From assembly GCA_949295265.1 (NCBI GenBank), contig CASFKR010000006.1, positions 1 to 57,418 on the forward strand: 57,418 bases of DNA, read 5' to 3'. This DNA is from an uncultured Verrucomicrobiota bacterium. Its GTDB lineage: Bacteria; Verrucomicrobiota; Kiritimatiellia; RFP12; UBA3636. The notes below the pieces were generated by a model. The model searched no databases, was not told the origin of the DNA, and saw nothing but the letters and a program-made list of their open reading frames with translations. Below are positions 9,134 through 16,731 of this stretch, piece by piece; the stretch's first letter is position 1, and the number at the start of each line of letters is the position of its first letter. A program made the position numbers and the translations under genes.

Positions 9134-9191
9134 TTGACACCTTGGTTGGAACGTAGTGGAGATTCAAAACGGGGCTTCGCCATATGGCTCA
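9128..9191 (+). repeat. Hairpin repeat module (copy inside the island)
   Basis: CTTAATTTGACACCTTGGTTGGAACGTAGTGGAGATTCAAAACGGGGCTTCGCCATATGGCTCAA matches 6111-6181 and 331-396. Confidence 0.85.
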
Positions 9192-9292
9192 ATCATCCGG
9201 AAACTTCAATTGAAATTTTCCGGTCAAATTGAGGAAGACGCCCCGTTATTTGATTTTGTACGGAGGGTTCCCAAACCTTACCGTTACATGCC

Positions 9293-9760
9293 TTATCGAT
9301 TGCGGTCCTTGTCCGAAAACGGATTTGGGCGATAGAACGTACTGGCGGAATGCCAGTTAACAGAAAATTCTTCTGTCGTCCGGTTTAAGACGGCTGCTTC
9401 CATAGTCATATACGACATGCGACCGGACGGCGCCGTCCATCCCGGTTCTACTGAAATGAGAAGGCGTTTGAACGCTCCCGGAGCCAGATAATTTGTGGTC
9501 AACCCATACGAAAGCCGAAGAAGCCGTTCTCCGGAATCACCAATCAAATCCGTCCTTGTCAGGACATCCAGCCGGACAGGAATACTGGCTGAATTCGTTA
9601 GAGATACCGACCATTGAACAGGCATTCCTTTACGGACATCATAAGGAGCCGTCAAATAACTGCCGTTCCCAATTGTTGCGTGAACAACAACGTCCGAACG
9701 GCCAAAGCAGAAGACCGCACATGCAATCCAACACAAGGAAATAGCAAATAGAGTTTTCAC
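9293..9760 (-). CDS. Secreted single-domain beta-barrel protein, type B, copy 1 (Transglut_C-like)
   Basis: Signal peptide MKTLFAISLCWIACAVFCFG. Core motif LTAPYDVRKGMPVQWSVSLTNSASIPVRLDV. Paralog of 6484-6945. Confidence 0.8.
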   Translation of the reverse strand: MKTLFAISLCWIACAVFCFGRSDVVVHATIGNGSYLTAPYDVRKGMPVQWSVSLTNSASIPVRLDVLTRTDLIGDSGERLLRLSYGLTTNYLAPGAFKRLLISVEPGWTAPSGRMSYMTMEAAVLNRTTEEFSVNWHSASTFYRPNPFSDKDRNR

Positions 9761-9845
9761 AGCGGCAGGTTTTCGTATGGGGAACGCATGATTCTATCCG
9801 ACAGGAAGATGACATCCAAAACGAAACTTCACATAAAAAGGTCAA

Positions 9846-10340
9846 TCATTCTGGCGGAAAATCGTCTCGTGTGATGGGAGTTCCACGGGTATCCGGTATC
9901 GGCAGCCCTGGAATCGCCGGAAACGAAGTGCCGACGCAGAAAAGATTTCCAGCATGCGACCCTGTTGTCAGATTGGTTGTAAAGATCAAAAATTCAATGG
10001 TATCCGGGGCCCGGTTCGAGGGCATCCAATTCTCATCGAGAGGATTTCGTATCTGTAAACTTTTTCCTGGATCAAGATGATTCGTCACGCAAATATGGCC
10101 AACGGAAAAAGAATACTCACCCCAATAGTGTTTTCCGTTGGCAAAGGCCATAATCCCGATTTGAACAGGAAAATCATTTTTGTTTGTTACAGAAACAGAC
10201 CATTCGCAGGGGGTTCCAGCGGTCATGAAAAAAGGCGTAAACAGCCGGACTTCATCTCCGACCGTAATTTCACAGATTTTTCCCCCATGGCAAAAACCTG
10301 TAAACAGGAGCAACCAGACGATTGGGAAATGCTTTTTCAT
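9846..10340 (-). CDS. Secreted beta-barrel protein, type A, copy 1 (Transglut_C-like)
   Basis: Start placed at MKKHFPIVWLLLFTGFCHGG (ATG at 10338-10340), which overlaps the stop of the upstream transglutaminase fragment as ATGA. Core motif TAGTPCEWSVSVTNKNDFPVQIGI. Confidence 0.8.
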   Translation of the reverse strand: MKKHFPIVWLLLFTGFCHGGKICEITVGDEVRLFTPFFMTAGTPCEWSVSVTNKNDFPVQIGIMAFANGKHYWGEYSFSVGHICVTNHLDPGKSLQIRNPLDENWMPSNRAPDTIEFLIFTTNLTTGSHAGNLFCVGTSFPAIPGLPIPDTRGTPITRDDFPPE

Positions 10341-10903
10341 TGATTGTTCTCCAACAAAGAAAACCATTCATTTGTTCCTGGTTTCTTTGTAATGACATCC
10401 GTACCAAGACACCCGTATACGGTTTCTATCAAATTTGTATTTCCACCATTCACGCTAAAATACTGAACAGGTGCAGAAACTGCAGAAGAAATGAAATCCA
10501 CATCATACTGACCTCCTGCATTGTTTTTCACGAACGAATACGGAGCGGGTCCACATTGATATTTTCCTCCACTAAGAATCTGTGGTGTTCCATCGATAAT
10601 TTGCCAACCATCCCCATTTGTGACATCTGGCCGTGCCATCCAGATTTCCGTCCAGACATGAAAATTCCAGATTTTGTCATACGAATCACCTGTTAAAATC
10701 TGATTATTCGGGAACACGTATAAATCGATTTTTTTGTTTCCATTTTTGTCAACACCGGAATCAAAGCAAGTCACTGGACGGGCGGGCAGTCCGCAAGCTC
10801 TTGCCAGACTTGTTATCATTCCAGCAAAAACCCAGCACTGTCCATATTTGACGGGACTCTCTAAAGAAAGATACTGCTCAAAAATTTCGGCGCTACTTCC
10901 AAT
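10337..10903 (-). pseudogene. Animal-type transglutaminase catalytic core, 5-prime truncated; Cys-His-Asp motifs present but no usable start codon
   Basis: The open frame begins right after a TAA at 10904-10906 and reads IGSSAEIFEQYLSLESPVKYGQCWVFAGMITSLARACGLPARPVT...KIWNFHVWTEIWMARPD...GWQIIDGTPQILSGGKYQCGPAP. There is no ATG, GTG or TTG upstream of the Cys codon (10835-10837). The first Met (10819) lies after the catalytic Cys. The N-terminal sandwich domain and about half of the core are missing. Confidence 0.8.
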
Positions 10904-10914
10904 TTAGTGAAAAA

Positions 10915-10953
10915 GGCCTTGTTTGCCGAAGGAATCGCACCTGATTCGATGCG
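10915..10953 (+). repeat. Repeat module GGCCTTGnTTGCCGAAGnAAnCGCACCTGATTCGATGCG (second copy at 57324-57361)
   Basis: Near-identical 39-nt strings at both sites. This copy abuts the right edge of the AT-rich island. Confidence 0.8.
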
Positions 10954-11003
10954 CCTTTTCCTGAGGTCTACGCCCTTTTACCCGGCAGCAGCAGCGGACG
11001 AAG

Positions 11004-11927
11004 CTAGCGCGACACGGAGGCGGATGAAGGGTCCGGGGAGAAGGAGCGGAGGCGCGCTTCCACGGCGGCAATGACAGATTCCGGAGTACTGGCGCCCGCA
11101 GTGACACCGACACAGGAACAGCCGCGAAAATCATCGGGGCGGAGCTCATCGGCCGTTTCCACGACAATCGTCGGACGCTTCGCGCGGGCAAGCGATGCCA
11201 GGCGCATGGTGTTGGCGCTGGTGGCAGAACCGACGACGACAATGCAGTCGCTTTCGTCCGCCAACTCGCTCAAGGCGCGCTGCCGGGCTTGCGTGGCACC
11301 GCAGATGGTGTTGATGATGTGCGCCGCAGGCCAGCGGCGGCGGATGGCTTCCGCCACCGTGCCGAAAAGCGCTTCGTTTTGCGTCGTCTGCGAAACAAAG
11401 GTGACCATGGGCACGCCGTCGCCGTCCCTCGGCAAGGCGTCCTCAGAGAGGGCGTCGACCGCCTCCGGGGAATCGACAACGCACGCTCCCGGATTGGTGC
11501 AGCACCCCAAAATACCCACCACCTCGGCATGCTGGGGATCGCCCAGCACGAGAACATAGCGCCCGGCGGCAGCGGCTTCGGAGACGATTTTGTGGATGCG
11601 CGCCACATTGGGGCACGTCGCATCAATCAGGCGGAGTCCCAGCCGCTCCAGCCAGCGATACCGGGATGCCGGGATGCCGTGGGCGCGAATCAGGAGTGCG
11701 GCACCTTCGGGCAGCCCTGCGGGGTCATTGCAGACGCGCACGCCGACCGTTGCCAGGCGGGCAATCTCCTGATGGTTGTGAATCAGCGGGCCGTCCGTCC
11801 AGATACCCGGCTCCGGAGTTCCCGCCGAAGCCGCTTCTACAGCCGTCTGTGCGGCTTTTTCCGCCATCTCCACGGCGCGGCGGACGCCCCAGCAAAAGCC
11901 GGCGTTTTTGGCGCGGATGACCTTCAT
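11004..11927 (-). CDS. ispH: 4-hydroxy-3-methylbut-2-enyl diphosphate reductase
   Basis: MKVIRAKNAGFCWGVRRAV, ATCPNV and NTICGAT, the three conserved Cys contexts of IspH/LytB. Confidence 0.93.
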   Translation of the reverse strand: MKVIRAKNAGFCWGVRRAVEMAEKAAQTAVEAASAGTPEPGIWTDGPLIHNHQEIARLATVGVRVCNDPAGLPEGAALLIRAHGIPASRYRWLERLGLRLIDATCPNVARIHKIVSEAAAAGRYVLVLGDPQHAEVVGILGCCTNPGACVVDSPEAVDALSEDALPRDGDGVPMVTFVSQTTQNEALFGTVAEAIRRRWPAAHIINTICGATQARQRALSELADESDCIVVVGSATSANTMRLASLARAKRPTIVVETADELRPDDFRGCSCVGVTAGASTPESVIAAVEARLRSFSPDPSSASVSR

Positions 11928-13147
11928 CGTGCAGCGGCGGACCCGGATTTTCCGCGCAGGATGTCCTGCGCAAAAACCGTCGGCAGCTCCGTATCGCGGA
12001 ACCAGTAGATGGCGCCGGAAATGGTCAGCGTCTCCCCGAGAAAGGAGGTCAGTTGACCGGAATTGCCGTAGACGTACGCCACGGTTGTTTCGCGGTTGTC
12101 GCGGTTTTTGGTGACGAGCCGGAACTTGGTCGGATGAGAGCCGAAGAGCGGGGAAGACGCGAGGGTGCCGGAATAGACGCCGGGCTGCGCCTGTTCGGAC
12201 TGGCTGCGAAGGCGGGCGGCGGGGATTTTGGCGGGCCCGATGCGCTCATCGGAGGCGCGATTTCCGAGGAGCGTGCGGCGGGTCGGCGAGGAAAGGGACG
12301 CGGGATAGGCGGGGGTTGCCGTGGCGGACGACTCCATTTTGGAGGCGGTTTCGGTCTCGGGGGTGGCGGCGGGGATGGTGGCGACCGAGGTCACGGCATT
12401 CGTGGGCTCGGGCTGAGGTACCGCCGCTGTTTCGGACGCGGCGGGGGCCGCGGACGCGGCGGGGGGCGTCTCGGCCTTCGGGGCCGGCACGACGGAATCG
12501 TAGGTAAAGACAATGGGCTGCTCCGGCACGGGCGCGGGAGCGGGTGTTTCTGCAACGGGCGCGGCTTCCGGTGCGGGCGCTGCGGGTACCGCAGGCGCCG
12601 CAGGTGCTGCGGGTGCAGGTGCTGCGGGTGCTTCGGCGGCGGGTACGGCAGGAGCGGGAGCCGCGGGCGCCTCGACGGCGGGTGCGGCGGGCGTAGCAGA
12701 GCCCGGCTGCGCCGCTTCTTCCGGCGTCAGCACGCGCACATACAGATTGGTAATGAAAACGGAGCAGTTCGCGGGCGGCGCAATCTTGGTCCATTCCTTG
12801 AAGGTGCCGCGAATCTCCACGCGGTCCCCACGGACCAGCTGCCCGACGGCATGATAATTGAGCCCGGCACCGGCACGCACCTGCGCTTTGTCGGCAATGA
12901 CCAGATCATTGCGCAGCAACTCCGAAAAAATCCACACATCGCAGGTCGGCGGAATGCCCACCTTGACCCATACGTCAGTCGGCGCACCATGCAGCGTCAG
13001 CCGGTCATCGTACGAGACCTGCCCGACCACTTCGGAATGTCCATGAGGAGCCGCGCGCAGATTCACGCGATTGCCGGTGACCATGACGGTATCCGCCAGC
13101 GCCGCCTGAACCAGACAGAGAGAAAGAAAAAGGAGCGTTTTTTTCAT
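11924..13147 (-). CDS. Secreted protein with two SH3b-like domains, an Ala/Pro-rich linker and an unassigned C-terminal domain
   Basis: Signal peptide MKKTLLFLSLCLVQAALA. GNRVNLRAAPHGHSEVVGQV and KAQVRAGAGLNYHAVGQLVRGDRVEI are SH3b-like. Long PAAPA low-complexity stretch. Its stop overlaps the ispH start. Confidence 0.75.
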   Translation of the reverse strand: MKKTLLFLSLCLVQAALADTVMVTGNRVNLRAAPHGHSEVVGQVSYDDRLTLHGAPTDVWVKVGIPPTCDVWIFSELLRNDLVIADKAQVRAGAGLNYHAVGQLVRGDRVEIRGTFKEWTKIAPPANCSVFITNLYVRVLTPEEAAQPGSATPAAPAVEAPAAPAPAVPAAEAPAAPAPAAPAAPAVPAAPAPEAAPVAETPAPAPVPEQPIVFTYDSVVPAPKAETPPAASAAPAASETAAVPQPEPTNAVTSVATIPAATPETETASKMESSATATPAYPASLSSPTRRTLLGNRASDERIGPAKIPAARLRSQSEQAQPGVYSGTLASSPLFGSHPTKFRLVTKNRDNRETTVAYVYGNSGQLTSFLGETLTISGAIYWFRDTELPTVFAQDILRGKSGSAAAR

Positions 13148-13233
13148 GGCTCAAAGCCTATCATAAAAAGGACGCAAGACGCCAATCGGACTTTGAATGA
13201 AAAGAGGTTTTTGATAGACTCCCCGGAACACAT

Positions 13234-13761
13234 TTGCCCCCAACACCCATGAATGAACAAGCTCCTTTGGTCGGCCTCGTAATGGGGTCTGACTCCGACT
13301 GGCCCGTGGTTTCCAAAGCGCACGAAACGCTTCAGGAACTGGGCATCCCGCATGAAGTCCGCGTCATCTCCGCCCACCGGACGCCGGAAACGGCGCACGA
13401 ATATTCATCCACGGCGGAAAGCCGCGGGCTGAAGGTCATCCTCGCGGCGGCGGGCGGCGCGGCGCATCTGGCGGGCGTTCTGGCGGCTTCGACCATCCTG
13501 CCGGTTGTCGGCATCCCGGTGGCGGGCGGCGCGCTCAATGGTCTGGATGCGCTGCTGGCGACGGTGCAGATGCCTTCGGGCATCCCGGTGGCGACGGTCG
13601 CGCTGTCGTCTTCCGGCCCCGTGAACGCCGCCCTGCTGGCCGCGCAGATGCTCGCGCTTTCCGATGCGGACCTGGCCGCAAAACTGCGGGCCCGCAAGCA
13701 GAAACTCGCGGAAAAAGTTGCCGCAGCCGACGAAAAGCTGCAGAACTCGCTCCAGGGCTGA
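13234..13761 (+). CDS. purE: N5-carboxyaminoimidazole ribonucleotide mutase
   Basis: [14 protein letters not shown] ... VISAHRTPE ... AGGAAHLAG family motifs. The start could be the Met at 13249. Confidence 0.93.
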   Translation: MPPTPMNEQAPLVGLVMGSDSDWPVVSKAHETLQELGIPHEVRVISAHRTPETAHEYSSTAESRGLKVILAAAGGAAHLAGVLAASTILPVVGIPVAGGALNGLDALLATVQMPSGIPVATVALSSSGPVNAALLAAQMLALSDADLAAKLRARKQKLAEKVAAADEKLQNSLQG

Positions 13762-13794
13762 ACCCCGGCTTTCTCCCCCTCCCCTTTCAGACAC

Positions 13795-13819
13795 GCCTGC
13801 CTTCAGGCTTTTCTTTTTT
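13795..13819 (+). terminator. Candidate intrinsic terminator after purE
   Basis: GCCTG-CCTT-CAGGC hairpin followed by TTTTCTTTTTT. Confidence 0.5.
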
Positions 13820-13848
13820 GAGGCGACTCATTCAGTCGTGTACCGCCC

Positions 13849-15144
13849 ATGATTCGCGTCCGTTTTGCTCCCTCTCCCACCGGCAACGTCCATATCGGCA
13901 ACATCCGTGCCGCCATCTTCAACTGGCTCTATGCCCGCCACACCGGCGGCAAGTTCCTGTTGCGCATTGAAGACACGGATCTGCAGCGCTCGACGCCGGA
14001 AGCCATCCAAAAGGTGCTCGACGCCATGCAATGGCTGGGGCTCGACTACGATGAAGAGGCGGTCTACCAGACGCACAACCGCCCCGACCACGAAGCGGCG
14101 GTGGAGAAGCTCCTCGCCACGGGGCATGCCTACCGCGCCAAAAAGGGCGAAGGCGGCGAATGCGTCCTCTTCCGGATGCCCACGGAGGGCACCGTGGAGT
14201 TCGACGACCTCGTCAAGGGGCACATGCGCAAAAAAGCCGAGGATTTGCAGGACTTCGTGATTGTCCGCTCGGACGGCTCGCCGGTTTTCCACCTGGCCAA
14301 TGTGGTGGACGACATCAAGCAGGGCATCACGCACGTCATCCGCGGCGATGACCATGTGGAGAACACCTTCAAGCACATCCAAATCTTCAAGGCGCTGGGC
14401 GCGCCCGTGCCCGTGTACGCGCACCTGCCGATGATTGTCAACGCGCAGGGCAAGCCGTATTCGAAGCGCGACGGCGCGGCCTTCATCGGCGAATTCAAGG
14501 AGCAGGGTTTCCTGCCGGAAACGCTCTTCAACTTCCTGCTGCTGCTCGGCTGGGCGCCGGGGGATGACCGCGAGATCATGACGCGCGAAGAGATGATTGA
14601 AGCCTTCTCGCTGGAGCGCTGCAAATCGAGTCCCTCGCGGTTCGACATGAAGAAGCTCCTCTGGATGAACGGCGAATACATTGCGCACATGCCGCGGGAA
14701 GCGTTCCGCGCCTTCTTCGCCGGACGCCTGGCGGAGGCGGGGCTCCCGCCGCAACCGCTGGCCTGCACGCTCGATGAACTGATTCCCTGCATCCAGATCC
14801 GCACGAAGACGCTCAACGACATCCCGAAGAACTGCGCCTTTTTCTTCACCGATGACGTCGCCTACGATCCGGCGGCCGTCGAAAAGCGGTTGCACAAGCC
14901 GGAGGTTCCGGCGCGGCTGCTCGCCGTGGCGGAAGCCTTCGAAAAACTCCCGGAATTCACGGAAGCGGCAACGGAGGAGGTCATCCGCGCCATGGCGGCT
15001 GAACTCGGCGGCATGGGACCGCTCGTCCACCCCGTCCGCGTCGCCGTCTCCGGCGTCATGGAGGGTCCCGGCCTCTTCGAGATGCTCGCGCTGCTCGGGC
15101 GCGACCGCGTCCTCGCGCGTCTGCGCAAAGCCGCCACGCTCTGA
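13849..15144 (+). CDS. gltX: Glutamate--tRNA ligase
   Basis: RVRFAPSPTGNVHIGNIR (HIGH region), LLRIEDTD, and KPYSKRDG (KMSKS-like). Confidence 0.93.
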   Translation: MIRVRFAPSPTGNVHIGNIRAAIFNWLYARHTGGKFLLRIEDTDLQRSTPEAIQKVLDAMQWLGLDYDEEAVYQTHNRPDHEAAVEKLLATGHAYRAKKGEGGECVLFRMPTEGTVEFDDLVKGHMRKKAEDLQDFVIVRSDGSPVFHLANVVDDIKQGITHVIRGDDHVENTFKHIQIFKALGAPVPVYAHLPMIVNAQGKPYSKRDGAAFIGEFKEQGFLPETLFNFLLLLGWAPGDDREIMTREEMIEAFSLERCKSSPSRFDMKKLLWMNGEYIAHMPREAFRAFFAGRLAEAGLPPQPLACTLDELIPCIQIRTKTLNDIPKNCAFFFTDDVAYDPAAVEKRLHKPEVPARLLAVAEAFEKLPEFTEAATEEVIRAMAAELGGMGPLVHPVRVAVSGVMEGPGLFEMLALLGRDRVLARLRKAATL

Positions 15145-15263
15145 CCCCCGCGCCCGGGCGGAATCCATTTCATTCGGTAACAGAAACGGGGGGAACCGCC
15201 ACAACTGTGCCACCCCCGTGCCCCTAAAAAAACGCCACACCCGTGGCCGACATTTGATTCGTC

Positions 15264-16322
15264 ATGTATACGGCAAAAGTAATTGGTGCCACCGGTTATG
15301 GTGGCATCGGCATCATCGAACTGCTCCTCCGCCATCCGGAGGTCAAACTCCAGACGCTGGTCGCCAAGGAAAGTGCCGGAACGACGCTCTCCTCGCTCTA
15401 TCCGCACCTGCTCGGCTTCTGCGACATGCCCGTCGTCGACCCGGATTCCGAGGCGGCGCAGGAACCGGCGGACATCGTCTTTTTCTCGACGCCGGACCGC
15501 GTCGGCATGTATGGCGCCCGCGCCGAACTCGAGCGCGGCGCAAAAGTCATCGACTACTCCGGCGATTTCCGCGCCAACACCGTCGAGGACTACGCGGAAT
15601 ACGCGCGCCGCATCGGCAAAGACCCGGTGCACGCCTCGCCCGATCTGCTCCCGGAATCCGTCTACGGCGCCGCGGAACTGCACCGCGCCGATCTCACCCC
15701 GGCGCGGCGCCTCGTCGGCAACCCCGGCTGCTTCGCGATTTCCTGCATCCTCGGGCTCGCGCCCGCCGCCGCCGCGAAAGCCTTCCGCGCCAACTCCGTC
15801 ATCTGCGACTGCAAATCCGGCATTTCCGGCGCCGGTAAAAAAACCGCCGCCGCGCACCACTACCCGAACCGCTACGACATGATGAATGCATACCGGCTTT
15901 CCGGGCACCAGCATGTGTGCGAAATCGAGCGCGAACTCGGCAAACTGGCCGGGGCCCCCGTAACGGTCACCTTCACGGCGCAGGTCGTCCCCGTCTGCCG
16001 CGGCATCATGTCGTGCCTCTATGCGGATTTGCTGGAGCCGAAGACCGAGGAGCAGATGCTCGAAATCTACCGGGACTTCTACAAAGACTCACCTTTCATC
16101 CGCGTCTTCCCCTCGACGGCATCCATCGGCTCGATGCATGTTCGCGGCACGAATTACGCAAATCTGGTCGTCTCCGTCGATCCCCGCACGAACCGGCTGC
16201 GGGTTGTCTCCTACATCGACAACCTGATGAAGGGTCAGGCCGGGTCGGCCTGCCAGGCCATGAACCTGATTCTGGGGCTCCCGGAAACCATGGCGCTGGA
16301 TCATCCCGGCTTCTACCCGTAA
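15264..16322 (+). CDS. argC: N-acetyl-gamma-glutamyl-phosphate reductase
   Basis: KVIGATGYGGIGIIELLLRHPEV with the active-site context GNPGCFAISCILGLAP. Confidence 0.92.
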   Translation: MYTAKVIGATGYGGIGIIELLLRHPEVKLQTLVAKESAGTTLSSLYPHLLGFCDMPVVDPDSEAAQEPADIVFFSTPDRVGMYGARAELERGAKVIDYSGDFRANTVEDYAEYARRIGKDPVHASPDLLPESVYGAAELHRADLTPARRLVGNPGCFAISCILGLAPAAAAKAFRANSVICDCKSGISGAGKKTAAAHHYPNRYDMMNAYRLSGHQHVCEIERELGKLAGAPVTVTFTAQVVPVCRGIMSCLYADLLEPKTEEQMLEIYRDFYKDSPFIRVFPSTASIGSMHVRGTNYANLVVSVDPRTNRLRVVSYIDNLMKGQAGSACQAMNLILGLPETMALDHPGFYP

Positions 16323-16357
16323 GGCAGCGGAGGCGGAGCCCTCCGCCTGAAGCCTTT

Positions 16358-16418
16358 CACAAAACAGCATTCGCCTTTTCGCATTTTCCATGCGGAAAGG
16401 CGAATGTTCTGTTTTGTG
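16358..16418. repeat. Long imperfect inverted repeat / hairpin (arms about 27 nt, loop TTTCC)
   Basis: CACAAAACAGCATTCGCCTTTTCGCAT-TTTCC-ATGCGGAAAGGCGAATGTTCTGTTTTGTG, lying 36 nt downstream of the argC stop. Confidence 0.75.
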
Positions 16419-16441
16419 GCAACGGAAGCCCATGGGAAGGT

Positions 16442-16655
16442 TGTTTCCCGCAGAGACACAGAGCAAAGCCGCCGGAAGGAACCGCCGCCACGACCCTCGA
16501 AGGGGGGCACGTCGGCGGCTTCGTTTCGCCGGCTTCGCCCGCCCTCAGTGTGGGCGGGCGACTCGTCAGCCGCCGGCTTAGGCCGGTCGGTCTAACGCCG
16601 GCCGGCAGACGGCAACCGCCGCCCGCCCGTGTGGCTCAAAAATCCGGAACAACCC
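16442..16655 (+). repeat. Mosaic intergenic repeat region R5
   Basis: TGTTTCCCGCAGAGACACAGAG, then CAAAGCCGCCGGAAGGAACCGCCGCCACGACCC (compare 41015-41045), ending in CCGTGTGGCTCAAAAATCCGGAA. Confidence 0.8.
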
Positions 16656-16661
16656 GGAATG

Positions 16662-16701
16662 GGAAAAGAGAGCCCGGTCAGGCACGAGGCCTGGCCGGGC
16701 T
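16662..16701 (-). terminator. Intrinsic terminator after adhE
   Basis: On the minus strand, AGCCCGGCCAGGC-CTCGT-GCCTGACCGGGCT followed by CTCTTTTCC. Confidence 0.6.
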
Positions 16702-16731
16702 GTGTTCAGGGCAACTGCCTGAGCGGACGGC

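Noticed and set aside
6484-10903. Prophage, IS or integrative element as an explanation for the AT-rich island
   Set aside because: There is no integrase, transposase, phage structural gene or tRNA attachment site, and no direct repeats bracketing the island are visible. Only the generic mosaic repeat modules flank it.
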